This document shows positions 34,291 through 48,600 of a stretch of DNA of 64,000 nt, piece by piece. A program made the translations under genes and the position numbers. The first letter of the stretch is position 1. Each line of letters opens with the position of its first letter. The notes below the pieces were generated by a model. That model saw nothing but the letters and a program-made list of their open reading frames with translations, searched no databases and was not told where the DNA came from. Source of the DNA: Mobula birostris (taxonomy: Eukaryota); contig NC_092370.1 of NCBI RefSeq assembly GCF_030028105.1, positions 186,416,005-186,480,004 on the forward strand, in the 5' to 3' direction.

Positions 34291-37149
34291 ATATTGAGAA
34301 CATGAGACATCATTTTCAAGGACTCTTCATGAGTCTATAGGTTGTGGAATCAGTTCAGTGATGGGATAAGTGAAGTTGAGTGAAGTTATATCCTCTGGTT
34401 CAAGAACCTGATGGTTTAGGGGTAATAACTGTTTCTCAACCTGGTGGTGTGTATCCTGAGGTTCCTGTACCTTCTTCCTGATGGCAGCAGCGAACAGAGA
34501 GCATAGCCTGGATGGTGGGCATACTTGATGATGGATGACACTTTCCTGTGATAGTGCCCTGTGTAGATGTGCTCAGAGGTGGAGAGAGCTTTACCAATGG
34601 TAGACCGGGCCATATCCACTATATTTTGTAGGCTAATTCCATTCAAGGGCATTGATATTTCCATACCAAGCTGTGATGCAACCAGTCAATATGCTCTACA
34701 CCACACAAACATGTCAGAATTTCAGATGAGATACTGAATTTTTGCAAACTTTTAAGAAAATAGAGGCACTGCCATGCTTTCTTTGCAATGGCACATAAGT
34801 GCTGGTCTCAGGATAGATCCTCTGAAGTGATAACACTGACGAATTTAATGTTGCTGACCTTCTCCACCTTCGATTCCCTGATGAGAACTGGCTCTGGTTT
34901 CCTCCTGGTGAAATCAATAATCATCTCCGCATCACCACTCATGATTCAAGGAAGTTAGCAGTAAATGTTTATCAGGCTGTACAGTATATCATTGTAAATT
35001 GGCTCTAAAGGATGATAAACAGTGATGAAAGCAGTGACAAGAGTCTGAACTTATGAACTGATTATTTCTAACTTTGATCTTCTGACCCTAAAGGCACCCT
35101 GTAATAATAGGTATCATTTCTTCCTGAATAACAGAGGAAATAAAAATGTTCTGTTTAACACAAAAAGGGTAGTTTTTAAAAAAATTTCTAGCAAAGAGAA
35201 AATGAACCCTTTTTATTGAACTATGTTCCCTATTTTTGTTGATATTGCCCAACAAGTCAGTCAGTACGGTAGCATGGATTTCCAGAGCAGACTATGATAT
35301 GTTATCTGTTAGTTTACAACTTGTTATAAAGGAATATGAACAATATGAGTGGTTTGCCTTGTTTAAGATTTACTAAGTCCTTTTAGTATAGCCTGCCTGA
35401 TTTTAGATATTATATTTGCAGCATTGTTCAGCAACTTAATGCGTTTGATGGACATCTTTAGACAGCTTAAAGAACACTTTTTTTGAACAGTTCTATGAGG
35501 TGAACCTTAGACATGTTTGCAGTATTGCAATTAGAACCTTTCTTTTCAGCATATTGTAGCAACTTTTTTTTGAAGAAAAGTCACTTGATACATTTTAGCA
35601 GATAAACTGAATATTAGATTTGACTAAGTGAGCGAACCAGACAGAAACAACTTAAGACATGACAAACCTGAGCTGACTGCATACTTTGCCTAGTTTTATT
35701 ATTAAATTTGAATCTATTATTTATTTCTCAGTACAAACTGTATTTTATTCCATTGTGTATTTTAAAAATGACATGAATACAGTTTAAATGTTCAACATAA
35801 GTTCTTTGATTGAAACTTTAAATAAAATAACCATTTATACTTGTTTTAGAATTTCATTCCATTGGAGATAGGTGAAATAAAATTTAAATACAAATAGCAT
35901 AGGAAATATTAAATTCAAATGATTAGTTTATAATTCTGATATTTATATATATATTTGATTGCAAAATAAGAAAAAATTCCAGTGCACCACTTAATAAAGT
36001 CATAGCTTGAATTATTAAGCAACAGACCTTTCACAAAATAAATATAAAGCTGGATTTCAAAAATCCCCAGAGGAATTATTAATATTATTGAGAAACTATC
36101 TAGTGAATAAAATTATTCTTCTGGGACATGATTGAGATGTTTATATTAATGATTTCGGGATATAAACCAGTATAGACTTTTAGGTGTGATGCAGGGAAAC
36201 TGAAAAGGGAAACGTATATATTGGTAAAGAACTATATTAAAGGCAGGGTTTAAATGGCTTTTAATGAAAATGTTATGTTACAGGATTGTCTCCCTCAGTA
36301 TGGTTATTGGAAGAAGCATCTTAGATCTCATCAAGATTAGGTTGAACAGGTTTCAGCTGTAGGATTGTAGGAAGACAGACTGAGGGGCTCATTATTTTCT
36401 TTAACTGAAAGATTGTTCACATTTAATTTGCCCAATGTCTTTAATTCCAGATTTAATCCTTTATACTAGATGATTTGTCATCTGTAAAAATGGACAAGTC
36501 ATAACTGCTGAGGTATCATTTGCTCTTCTGTAATTAGCTATTGGCAAGCTACCACTCCATATAAATGGGAATTGATGACTAAGTGACTAAACTGTACTAA
36601 ATACTTAACTGAAAATCATCAAAGCATAAGTTGCCAACATTCTGAAATTTATACCAGAAATTTTAAAAAATGAAATTTATGTAGTCTTCTAGAACTAAAG
36701 TGATGTGATGAAACCTGTTTTAAAGTTGAAATAATACAGGTTACTATTACCCTGCTACCACAGAATTCTCCTGTAGTGGCCTTGCCATGATTATGAATTA
36801 TAATTACAAACCTAAATTATACGTTCCTGGAAAGCAAAGTGAAACAATAGTTAGTTTCACAGGAAACTATTTCAAGAGCTTCGCATGAACTTGTCCTTGA
36901 GATTATCTTTGGAATTTTAATTTGTCCAATCTATCTGAAGATCAAAATCACTTCTGATCATTGCTTGTAATTGTCACAAGCTCCCTTTATGGCCTGTTTT
37001 GCTGCAAAACTACTTTTGGAGGGATAGAGTGTTTTGGAGGAGGCAGGAGGTTTATGTAAGTCCATTTACATTGATAGTTTCTTTGTTACTTCTTAACTCC
37101 ACCGAAACTGATTCTATTTGTAGTCTTTCTTAAGTAAGATCATCTCTAG

Positions 37150-38065
37150 TATCAGAATCAGAATTAGAATCAGGTTTATTATCACCAGCATATGTGAAAT
37201 TTGTTAACTTAGCAGCAACAGTTCAATGCAATACATAATCTAGCAGAGACAGAAAAAAGAATCAAAAATAATAATAAATAAACAAGTAAATCATTTACGT
37301 ATATTGAATAGATTTTAAAAATGTGCAAAGACAGAAATACTGTATATTAAAAAAGAAGTGAGGTAGTGTCCAAAGATTCAATGTCTATTTAAGAATCAGG
37401 TGGCAGAGGGGAAGGAGCTGTTCCTGAATCGCTAAGTGTTTGCCTTCAGGCTACCTGATGGTACCAGCAAGAAAAGGTCATGCCCTGGGTGCTGGAGGTC
37501 CTTAATAATGGACTCTCACTTTCTAAGAAACTGCTCACCTAAAGATGTCCCTGGGTACTTTGTAGGCTAGTACCCAATATGGAACTGACTAGATTTACAA
37601 CCTTCTGCAGCTTTTTTTTGGTCCTGTGCAGTAGTCCCTCCATACCAGACAGTGATGCAGCCTGTCAGAATGCGCTCCACGGTACAACTATAGAAGCCTT
37701 TAAGTGTATTTGTTGACATGTCAAATCTCTTCAAACTCCTAATAAAGTATAGCCACTGTTTTGCCTTCTTTATAACTGTATCGATATGTTGGGACCAGGT
37801 TAGATCCTCAGAGATCTTGACACCCAGGAACTTGAAGCTGCTCACTCTCTCCACTTTGGATCCCTCTGTGAGGATTGGTATGTATTCCTTCATCTTACCC
37901 TTCCTGAAGTCCACAATCAGCTCTTTTGTCTTACTGACGTTGAGTGGCAGGTTGTTGCTGCAGCACCATTCCACTAGTTGGCATATCTCACTCCTGTACG
38001 CCGTCTCGTCACCACCTGAGATTCTACCAACAATGGTTGTATCCTCAACAAATTTATAGATGGTA
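37150..38065 (-). mobile_element. Rex1/Babar-clade LINE 3' fragment with (GATTCT)n tail
   Basis: ORF 37567-37974 (WCCSNNLPLNVSKTKELIVDFRK...FKFLGV...LTGCITVWYG). AGAATC repeats at about 37151-37172. Confidence 0.92.
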
Positions 38066-38149
38066 TATTATCCTAATAATCATCCTTTATTATTAGAGTT
38101 GCCCCACCACCTTTTCCATTCAGCCAGTCATTCCAATGGTTAAGCATCT

Positions 38150-38355
38150 TGGTTCTGATGCAGGGTTTTGATCCAAAATGTTTAAATTTCTTTCCTCCTA
38201 CAGAAGGTGCTGCTCCAGCAGATACTTTGTTGCTCCAGTTTCCAGCATTTGCAGTTTCTTATGTCCTCATATCCCCATAAGAGACTAGTTGGAAGGTAAT
38301 AAGTGAAGCCAGGTGGGTGGGAACAGTCAGGGGCTAGAGGAGAAAGAATCTGATT
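38150..38355. mobile_element. Degraded Penelope pLTR pieces in both orientations
   Basis: TTCTGATGCAGGGTTTTGATCC...TTTCCAGCATTTGCAG, followed by the inverted UTR piece GGGGCTAGAGGAGAAAGAATCTGAT. Confidence 0.55.
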
Positions 38356-38374
38356 CCGCAATCCGAGCTTTCAC

Positions 38375-39110
38375 AGCTGGAAATATAGACTGAAAAATGA
38401 CAGATGGCATTTAATGCAGAGAAGCGTGAGGTGTTGTACTTTGGGGGGACAAAACAGGGTAGGACTTACACTGTGAACAGTAGAGTACTGAGGAGTAGAG
38501 TATAACAGAGGGATCTGAGAATAGAGATCCATAATTCCCTGAAAGTGGTATCACAGGTAGATAGGGCTGTAAAGAAAGCTTTAACAGTGGCCTTCGTAAA
38601 AGAAAGTACTGAGTACAGGACTTGGGATGTTATGTTGAAGTGGTAAAGATGTTGGTGAGGCCTAATTTGGAGTATTGTGTGTAGTTTTGGTCATCTGCCT
38701 GTGGAAAAAATGTCAATAAGATTGAAAGAGCGCAGAGAAAATTTACAAGGATGTTGCCGGGACTTGAGGACCTGAGCTATAGGGAAAGGTTGAATAGGTT
38801 ATGACTTTATTCCTTGGATCATTGAAGATTAAGGGAAGATTTGATCGAGGTATATAAAATTATGAGGGGTATAGATAAGGTAAATGCAAGCAGACTTTTT
38901 CCACTAAGGTTGGGTGAGACTACAGTAGAGGTCATGGGTTAAATGGTGAAATGTTTAAGGGGAGCATGAGGGGGATTTTGTTTACTGAGAGAGTGGTGAG
39001 AGTGCAAAATGAGCTGCCAGCTAAGTGGTCAATTTCAATATTTAAGAGCAATTTAGATAGGCATATGGATGGGTGGGGTATGGAGTGCTACTGTGTTCTA
39101 TGACTCTATA
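38375..39110 (+). mobile_element. CR1 LINE 3' fragment
   Basis: QMAFNAEK, LVRPNLEYCV and QRKFTRMLPGL motifs can be read; tail TGTTCTATGACTCTAT. Confidence 0.88.
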
Positions 39111-39181
39111 AACCATCATTATGTATTGGACGCACTGAGCACTGCCACTTCCTCCTTCTAATATCCATACTTAACAAATTT

Positions 39182-40205
39182 CTAAATTCAAGTTCATTGT
39201 CATTCAGCCGTATATTGTCAAACAAAACAACGTTCTTCTGGACTGAAGTGCACAACACAGTACATATAACTAACCACATAACACATTAAGTAATATTACC
39301 ACAAATAATAAGATGCATATACAATACAAGTTAAAAAGTAAACCGTATAACACTACTGGCACTTCATATGTGATGAATCCTGGGTGATGGCAGGGAGTTC
39401 AGTAGTCTGATAGCCTGGGGGAAGAAGCACTTTCTCATCCTGACAATTTTTGTCCTAAGACTGTGGTACCTCCTGCCTGATGGTAGCGAGTGAAAGAGAT
39501 TGTTGGATGGATGAGAGGGAACGCAGCATATGCAGTGCTCCCGATAAATATCTCTAATGGGTGGAAAAGAGACCCCCATGATCCTCTCAGCAATCCTCGC
39601 AATACTTTGTAGTGACTTGTGGCCAGATACCTTGCGATTCTTGTAGTAGATGGTGATGCAGCTGGTCAGGACACCTTCAATGGTGCTCCTATAAAAATTG
39701 GTCAAACTGGAGTGGTGGGGGAATGCCTCACTCACCTCAATCTCTTCAGGAAGTGGAGATGCTGCTGTGTTCTTTTGACAGAGAAGTGGTGTAAGAAATT
39801 GTCTATTTTGTGCACTCTCAGAAACTTGGTGTTCTTAACTCTCTATGGAGGAGCTGTGTATCTGCAGTGAAATGTTGTCCTTCCTAAAGTCCACAATCAT
39901 CTCTTTGGTCTTGTCCATGTTGAGTCTAAAGTTGTTGTGCTCTCATCATTCTACCACTGCACTACTTCCTCTCTGTGGTGCATCTTACCATTGTTGTAGA
40001 TTAGACCAACCAATATTGTGTCATCAGCAAACTTTATGATTCTGTTTGAACTGGATCTAGCAATGCAGTCATGCGTCAGCAGGCTGAGCACGCAGCCATG
40101 GTGAGCACCGGTGCTCAGTGTGAAGCTAGTGATGTTTCTGCCAACACAGACTGACTGTGGCCTTTCTGTCAAGAGGTCCAGGATCCAGAGAGAGAGAGAG
40201 ATGTT
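39182..40205 (-). mobile_element. Rex1/Babar-clade LINE (RT and C-terminus)
   Basis: ORF 39951-40172 (IIKFADDT) and ORF 39364-39735 (NFYRSTIEGVLTSCIT...LPSGRRYHSLRT...FFPQAIRLLN). Confidence 0.92.
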
Positions 40206-40559
40206 GAGACGAAGGAGATTTTGTACCCCCTTGAAGCTACACTTTTTTGTAATCTTCTCTTCTTCTTCTGCTTTCCAATTCTCCCCTTTGATTTACTTGT
40301 TTCTTAGAACCTATTTATTTTTATATTTTCCACTTTTGATAAAAGAACATTGACTTTATTTCTCTCATCACAGTTGTTGCCTGTCAGAATGTTTTACTTT
40401 AATTTTACTGTTGATCACCAGACTTCCACAGTTATTCTGTTCTGTCAAACTGACAGCCTATAAATGTAGAATTATTATATGTGGCTTTCTGTTGGAAGAA
40501 CACTTAAAAATTGCAGCTTACGAATAGCCCCAGAGCCAGGGAAAGATTGGTAATAGAGT

Positions 40560-41745
40560 CACCAATCTTCCTGTTTAAGGCATCATTTAATACCAATGAA
40601 TGCTATATCTTAATTCAGATATCTAATTTCCATTTGCATCCACCTTGATCACAGGCAAGCTGGATACCTGTGAAAATAAAATGGATTCCCATTGAGGCTG
40701 CCTTTGATCTTTCTCTTCTCAACACCCAAATAACACCAGGCAAATTCATGTATACCAATGGCATAAAATAACATGGCAAGTACAAACGTTTGTAATTACC
40801 ATTGCCTTAGCCAGTGCTGCACTGAGAAAAGACCTTGACTGATTGGAGTAATACTTCTATCACTGAAAATTCTGTCTATTTTATCCAAAGCCAATTAACA
40901 GTGTTCAACCAAGTCAATAATGCTCACAAGTCGATGTTGGACTTAATTTTCTGCAGGGAGAGGAAAGATCATGTAAACTCTGCAGCAATTGTATAACTAG
41001 AGAATTTCCTCACCTTCAAGCAGTATTTATTGAAACTTGAGAAAAAATGAATACAAACAAGCCTTTTGCAGAAAATCATAGGGGCCATATTGAGTACAGG
41101 AGAAATTTTTCCCCAAACTTCACTCTGCTGTAGTTTTGTACTATGATATGCAGTGACAGTTGCTGTGCCATGATGATGCATTTGCAACTTAACATGACCA
41201 TGCTAACATTAACAACAATTGAAACAATGGGTGTTGGCTGGTTTCTCAAATCAGTGAACAATGTTCCCCAGACGGTAGATGGAAAGCCTTTATCACCCAT
41301 TGAACACATCATGCCTCATTTACTAAAGGATACAAACAAATCAAGATTTGGCTCAAGGAAGCAACCATGGGGGGAATTCCAGTGAAACTTTGTTTAATAG
41401 CAAGGAACAGTGAAGTTCTCAATGACATAATAGCAAAATTCTGTTTGAAGATTTTATTCCAATAGAACCAGTTTCAGGACTGCACCTTCCATGCCAAATA
41501 CAGATAGACCTGAATCAGATAAGGAAGACAAAGTCAACATTTTATTGGTGAAACTCAAATCAGGGCCTAATTGTAACTGCAGAAATGGAAGTCAAATAAT
41601 GGAACATATCATCAAAGACTGATCAATCTTTTCCAGGACAGATGGTCAACATTCACATGATTATACCAGATGCCACAACCTCTCCATTAAACTGGGATAT
41701 CAAAATTAAATTGCATCTACTACCTCATGATAAGAGGTAGAAAAG
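40560..41745 (+). mobile_element. Ancient degraded Vingi/Ingi-clade LINE 3' half
   Basis: Colinear decayed motifs: KFMYTNGI (for KFxYADDI), QLNMTM...GWF...NNVP, PVSGLHLP...LNQIRK, and the zinc knuckle PNCNCRNGSQIMEHIIKD. Confidence 0.6.
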
Positions 41746-42349
41746 TGTTTCCAAATTTAGGAATGGCATGTAACAAAAAAATTATATGCTTCGTTAATGA
41801 TGCCTTTAATCTGGCAGATTATAAAAGTATCCTAATATGAGAAAGCAATCATGCTTGAAGGTTTTGGAGCTGAAACAACTATACATCTCCTCCCAAACTT
41901 TAACTTTCTTTTATTAAAATTTCTTGTTTCATTAACCACATCAAGGTATTATAATTATTAACTCCTATGAGTTTCTTGGAAGTTACTGGAAGGAGGTATG
42001 CAATAATACACATTTGCACTCTGTCTTTACAGGTAACGACAAGGGCGGAAACACAAATGCGTTCATGGTAGTATATGAAAATGAGGGTGAATAATAAAAT
42101 GCTACAGGTATAAAGCCCTGAATGGAAGTCCAAAAAAGGCATTTATGTTGTTCACCTAATGGCTGACCAAATTGAAAATTGTATAAAACAAGGTGTTCCA
42201 GGAACAGCTACTGTTTGTCTGATAACTTTAGCTGATAAACATCTTGTAAGTTTCTAATCAGGCAGTTAAAATTTGCACCATTATCTCAATAGCCTCAACC
42301 TTACACTTGTCATAATTTTTCCTGAATTCCATAGATTCACGAATGTTTC

Positions 42350-43545
42350 CATAATTTGGAATAGTAAATACAATCATAATATGTGAGAAAGGAAAGAAAG
42401 AGAGGGAACTATGGAGCAGTAGTGAAATTATTGGAATGTTTTATTACAGAAGTGGAAAAGGGATATGGAGAATAAAAATAGGATTGGCCATTGTGGATAT
42501 AAGAAAGGGAAATCATGCTTGCGAAAGTTTCAGAATTTTTAGAGCTTATGACCAGCAGAATACATAAGAGCCAACCACTAATGTGGCGTATTTAGACTTT
42601 TGGAAGACCTCGTTAGTGTGGTACACCGAGATTATTAGACAAACTTGCATTAGTCATATACAGGTGTAGATTGACGATTGGTTAATGGGGCAAAGGGTTG
42701 TGTTAGAGGGAAGGGGTGAGGTTATACTGGGACCAGTGGGACACCACAAGGGTCAATATAGAGACCTCATTTGTACTCTATCATTGATTGGAATGAAGGG
42801 ATCAAGTGTAATATCTCAAATATAGCTAACAAAACAAAGCTCGACAGCAATGTGTGCTCTGAGAAAGAGGCAGAGAGGTTTTAAAGGGATAAACACAGAT
42901 GAACTGAATGGGCAATGTCATGGCAGATGGAGGGCAGCAGGGTGGTGCAACATTTAGTGCTGCTGGTCAAAGCTCTGGTGATCCAGATTCAATCCTGACC
43001 TTTGATGCTGTCTCTGGAATGTTTTCTCCATGACCACATTAGTTTTCCCAAGTGCTCTGATTTTCTTCCACATCACAAAAATGTCTTAGTAGGATAATTG
43101 ACTGTGGTAAATTAAAGTGAGTGTAGTTATATTGCAAATTGAATCCAAAGAGAGTATGAGTATGTGAGAAAGAATGTTACAGAGTTACAAGGAAAGGGAC
43201 TGTAGAATTGCTCTGCTGTGAATCACTTGAGAGGCTGTGGACTTCTGTGCAGTAATAAGAAAATATAGTGTGGAAAAATATAAGATCTTTGGTCGGGGAA
43301 ATAGAGAGGTGGACCATTTTTTTAAATTTCAGAAATTAAAATGATTTGAATTTCAATACTAGTCCTTATTGTGAAAGAATTTATCTCAAGAGTATCGATA
43401 TTTTGCTCTATTTGTCTGGAGTACTGCATACAGAGCGGATCGCCCTATCTATTTGCAATAAAGGTCCACCAGATTGATTCCTGGGATGGCAGGCCTGTTA
43501 TTTGAAATAAATTAAGCTGACTAAATAGGGACTGTCTTGAGGTGT
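42350..43545 (+). mobile_element. Degraded CR1 RT fragment split by a V-SINE
   Basis: RKGKSCL, VAYLDF and EWAMSWQM remnants; resumes near 43262. Confidence 0.7.
42932..43255 (+). mobile_element. HE1-like V-SINE (degraded)
   Basis: Head GGGCAGCAGGGTGGTGCA...GATTCAATCCTGACC and a V-domain-like GTTTTCTCCATGACC...TTTTCTTCCACATC. Confidence 0.75.
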
Positions 43546-43599
43546 GAAAGAAGTACTCTTGTCTGTTGTGAAGCACTTTGAAATGTGCTGAAGCCAGAA

Positions 43600-44945
43600 A
43601 GTTCAAAGTAAATTTATGATCAACGTACAAATATGTCACCATATACAACCCTGAGATTCGTTTTCTTGTGGGCACACTCAGTAAATCCAAGAAACATAAT
43701 CGAATCAATGAAAGACCACACCCAACAGAGCGAACAAACAACCAAAGTGCAAAAGACAACAAACTGTGCAAACACTAAAGAAAAAAAGAAATGATAATAA
43801 TAATAATAATAAATAATCAGTAAATATGGAGAACATGAAATGAAGAATCCTTGAAAGTGATTCATTTGGTTGTGGGTCCAGTTCATTGTTGGGCCACTCA
43901 TCTTCCTCCTGGCAGTTATCTTTGCAAGAAGAACAAATGCTATAACTACCCCTACACTCCTCCCTCACTACCATTCAGGGCCAGAAAGAGTCCTTCCAGG
44001 TGAGGTGGCACTTCACCTGTAAGTCTGTTGGGGTCATATATTGTGTCTGGTGCTCCCGGTGTGGCCTCCTGTATATCGGTGAGACCCGACATAATTTGGG
44101 AGACCATTTCATCGAGCACCTACCCTCCATCTGCCAGAAGAAGTAGGACTGCCTGTGGCCACCCATTTTAATTCCACTTCCCATTCCAATTTCGATATGT
44201 CAATCCATGGCCTCCTCTATTGTTGCAATGAGGTCACACTTAGGTTGGAGGAACAACACCTTATATTCTGTCTGGGTAGAATACAACCTGATGGCATGAA
44301 CATCAATTTCTCAAACTTCTGGTCATAATGCCCCCCCTTCACCATTCCCCATCGCCCTTCCCCTCTCTCACCTTACCTCCTTGCCTGCCCATCGCCTCCC
44401 TCTGGTGGTCCTCCCCCTTTTTCTTTCTTCCATGGCCTCTGTTCTCTCCTATCTGACTCCCCCTTACCTTGTCCAGCCCTGTATCTCTTTCACCAATCAA
44501 CTTCCCAGCTCTTTACTTCATACGTCCCCCTCATTTTTTCACCTATCACCTTGTGTTACTCTCTCCCTCCCTCACCTTTTATTACCTACTCATCTTTTTT
44601 TCTCCAATCCTGTTGAAGGGCCTTGGCCCGAAACATCGACTCTACTTTTTTCCATAGATGCTGCCTGGCCTGATGAGTTCCTCCAGTATTTTGTGTGTAT
44701 TGCTTAGATATGAAGCATCTGCAGATTTTCTCTTGTTTGTGAAATGAAGTTGAGTGAAGTTATGCCCACTGGTTCAAGAGTCTGATGGTTAAGAGGTAAT
44801 AATTGTCCCTGAACCTGGTGGTGCGAGTCCTGAGACTCCTGTACCTTCTTCCTGATGGCAGCAGTGAGAAGAGAGCATGGCCTGGGTGGTGGGGGTCCCT
44901 GATGATGGATGCTTTTTCCGACAATAGCACGCGGTGTAGATATGC
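43600..44945 (-). mobile_element. Rex1/Babar LINE 3' end, interrupted by a Penelope element
   Basis: Reverse tail AAGTTCAAAGTAAATTTAT... at 43600-43895. The C-terminal coding part (LPSGRRYRSL antisense) lies at 44745-44945. Confidence 0.88.
43898..44741 (+). mobile_element. Penelope-like element (Neptune type): Cys-rich linker, GIY-YIG endonuclease remnant and pLTR
   Basis: FQVRWHFTCKSVGVIYCVWCSRCGLLYIGET...EH...LEEQHLIFCLG; degenerate hammerhead at 44605-44641. Confidence 0.92.
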
Positions 44946-47549
44946 TCAATAGATATAGATATAAATATTGTACAATAGCAAATTCTTTATTAAAACACAT
45001 GGAAGAAATTATTACATAAAGGAACCTAACCTACATTCGATTTCTATAAATCTGTTGTAGTTTTTTAGTTGTCGCTCTCCCTTTGTTAAATTTCTGTGAA
45101 GAAGATCAAGTTTAATCTATTCAGTTTTACAATCTATACTGTATGTTGTACATATTTTTCTCTAATGTTCCTCCAAAGAATCTGTTGTTTATTGCAGTTT
45201 GACCATTTTTGCTGAATTTTGCTGAATAATTTTTGACTGAGGTAGTTGAATTGCAGTGAAGGCTGACAAAGTGAAACCAAACATTTTCGTCAAATTTTTC
45301 ATTTAGACTGAAAGTAAACTGAAATATATTTTATCAGAGTGCAATAGGTAAGATTTAGTCCAATTGAGTTTAATGATTCCTTACTCAAGTAATTGTTCAG
45401 CTCCCAAGTGATGGCTTATATGCCTTTAATAGTGGCTGTCCCGTACTGAATGTGCCAAATGCTTAGCTGGGGATTGCTACTAATTTCAGAGCTAATATTG
45501 AGTTGTTCTGCATCAGTGATTTCAGCAGGTGGCTTGATCTGACAATGAAAAGTGGAGTAAATTATCTTGTACTATAGAACAGCTCTGATTAAAATGACTT
45601 AATATACAGATTGAGGTATTTTGGGAAAATGATGATAGAACCTTATCTTTTCATGATGTCAATAAAACCTGGATGTAACTGATTATTCTGCAGTTACCTG
45701 GATGTAACTGTAGAATTGTGAGTAAATGTAGTTTTTCCTGAGACACATGGATTTTTAAAAATTTAATTCTTTAAGCATAAACTATAACTCTTTATGGAAA
45801 TAGGAAAATGCATAATAAATCACAGTGGTTATTCATAATACATGCTACAGTAATAATTTTTGGACCAGTCAAAAACGTATTTTGGAATGCAGAGTACATT
45901 AAGTAATTTATAGATAGAAATCATTTAAATAGAAGTATCTCAATTGTGCTGGGATTACAGTTAACATGAAAATGTATATACTAAAATAACCTGTTAATGT
46001 CTAACATTCAGAATGTCCAAAGTCCAACAGCAGGAACTGTTTCCTTAGGCATTTTCTTGAGATTGTCTAAAGAGGCATCAGTTGTAGGTATTCAGGGTTA
46101 TTCTGTATTAGGAAAATTATAGTTTGGAAAAGAATATTTAACTTTACAGATTTCTTAATGTACAATAAAATAATTTTGTATGTGATTTTTAATTCATTCT
46201 TACGATGTATTAGTAGCCAACATAGCAGTTGCTTTTTTGGTTACTTGTTCTGCTTGCCTGTTAACCTGCTTGTGTGTTCACAAGCCTGGTGGAAATCAAA
46301 TGAACTTACAATAACTGTATCCCTTTTGACTGTATTTATTTATTCAGAGAATAAGAATTGAAAACAAACTATTGAATTATTTCCATCATTGGCTGAATTT
46401 TAAAGTTTAAAGGAACTCAGAAGATTAACTCTACATTCGTACTATACTGTTATGTAAATGCTGCACACTGTTATTAATGTGCAAATCAGTTAGCAATGTG
46501 GTGGGGATGAGATATCCGTGAACCAAAAATCACCGCAAGTCACAAAACGACATACTACCTTTCGCTTCCTTATGATTTTCAGGAAGATGCTGTATTTGCA
46601 CATTAATCGCTCTCATTAAAGTCACACTGAAAATTAAGTCAAGTAATTAATTGTATAAGTGCCTTTTAACAATGTTATAATCATTAATGATGGCTAATCA
46701 ACCAAAAAGTGAACAATTAAAAATATTAAGTCTCATTCATGCAGGTAGCAAATTAGTTTCCCTTTTCAATTCCCTTAAATCTTTTCTGTACCCACTTTGA
46801 CATTGAATTTATTCACTTTATTTAATTCACTGTCTTTTCTGTTCCTTTCTTGTTCTTCTCATTATATTGTTTCAAAATATACTCGGTTTATCTGATAGTT
46901 TAACATGTCCCAGATGTTGCAATGCCGTCAATGTTGCTGGATTCTGGTGTTTAAATCCAAGGTTCAGGAACAAGACATAAAACGTGTTGCTTCACAATCA
47001 TTTTTTCAAGAGTTGATAGAACAAAGAGAACAAGAACAGAACGGTGACAAGAGTCTGCTACTTGAGGAAGATAGAAACTAAAGATGGCACCTAGCAAAAA
47101 ACAGATACTTTTATCCCAAAGATAAGTAAAGTTCCATTCATAAGAGACAACAATTTAGAAAATATTTACTCATTTAATGAAGTACAGAGAAGCTTTCAGA
47201 ATTATACTATGTATAGCTACTAGAGGCATAGCAAACTTATGCATACAAAGCCTAGTTAAAATACAAGCAGATAATTAATTGTTAAACTGCAAAGAAAATT
47301 ACAATTAAAATTCAAGTCGGATCCAACAATGTGACCAAACTGGTGTTTACTCTTAATAATCAGGAGTGCAAAATATGATTGAATGGAAAGGCACAAAAAC
47401 AAAGTGGATCTAGCTGGCCATGCATGATGTGCTCTATTTCAGTAAATTCTGGGTCAGTAGATTTGGCAATAAGATATATTTGCATTAGCTTGCTGATTTA
47501 ACTATTCCCATTGAATTTAATTTCCTACTGATTTAGAATAAAATATTCT

Positions 47550-48600
47550 AAATGATGGATGTTACGTAAATGCTATGAATGAAATTCTTGAAAGCTATCA
47601 AATTGAACTTAGATGAAAGGTGAAATCAATAAAGTAGCACAAGAGTCTAACTATTAGGGAGTTGGATCAGAAGGTAGTGGCTAAGCTTTTACTCTTGTTT
47701 CAGAAACAAATGTTGTAGATACTGGTATACCTAATAGTGCATACAATGAAGAATAGCTTCAGCAATGGGGTAATTAGAAATCACAGAAATCTAAGGAAAT
47801 CACTATGTGCGCATGCCATCTGAAATAACAACAGTAAACAAACAGTATAACTACAATGAGGATCTTGAACTAAGGCTTAACTGGGCATAAAAGCCTAATC
47901 AATAAAGAAAGATAACTGGGCTTCTGAAACCATCTGGCACATTGTACATAAAGATTGAAGTGAACATAGGGTCTAAATTAAATCGTATCTATGATCTGCT
48001 TGAGGAAGAAACAGAAATGTTCTAGCTGCATTTGGCTAATATTATTATACTTATTTCTAAAGAGGATCTTCTAGAGCTTCTATTCCAGATTAACATCTTC
48101 TTTTTAGACTATCTACATAGAATAATGGAATTTAATGCAGCAAGTGAACAAAATCTATCATAAATATTGAGATGAGAGCTATGATTTTACAATGTGGATC
48201 AATTTTGTCATTATATTTATTAAATATTACATGGCAGTTGTTCTGAAAAAATGTTTAAATACTACTAGAATCAATGAAAATTATGCTTTTCATTTGCTAT
48301 TCTTTCTCATTCCGAACTAGGAGGGTGATAATTAATAGCACAAAGGGATCAAAAATAATCAACTTTAGCATTCAAGGATTGGGAGATACAATTTAAAGGG
48401 CATCCAAAGAATTTTGAAAGTGAAAGCTATGATTTTTATGTTATGGGAATAATAACATTGTAAAACAAAAATTTCACTAGCTTGCTGTAATGGAAAACTA
48501 TTGCAGAAATTTTAAAAAAACTTTTGAATGAATGCCTATTGCAAAAGGGATAAAGGAATATTAGGACCGTATGTAACATGCTTTCTTATTATTCTGCTTT
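47550..48600 (+). mobile_element. Very degraded CR1-like remnant
   Basis: Scattered resemblance only (LFQ...DTGIP; MEFNAA). Confidence 0.35.

Larger units (their letters stand above)
32998..34930 (-). mobile_element. Rex1/Babar-clade LINE 3' part, interrupted by the Dong-like element
   Basis: ORF 34416-34664 (HHPGYALCSLLPSGRRYRNLRIHTTRLRNSYYP). The 3' UTR is split into 32998-33200 and 34290-34415. Confidence 0.88.

Noticed and set aside
41076-41312. GDKGF motif suggesting a Harbinger transposase
   Set aside because: Isolated motif; the opposite strand is better explained as a Vingi-like LINE.
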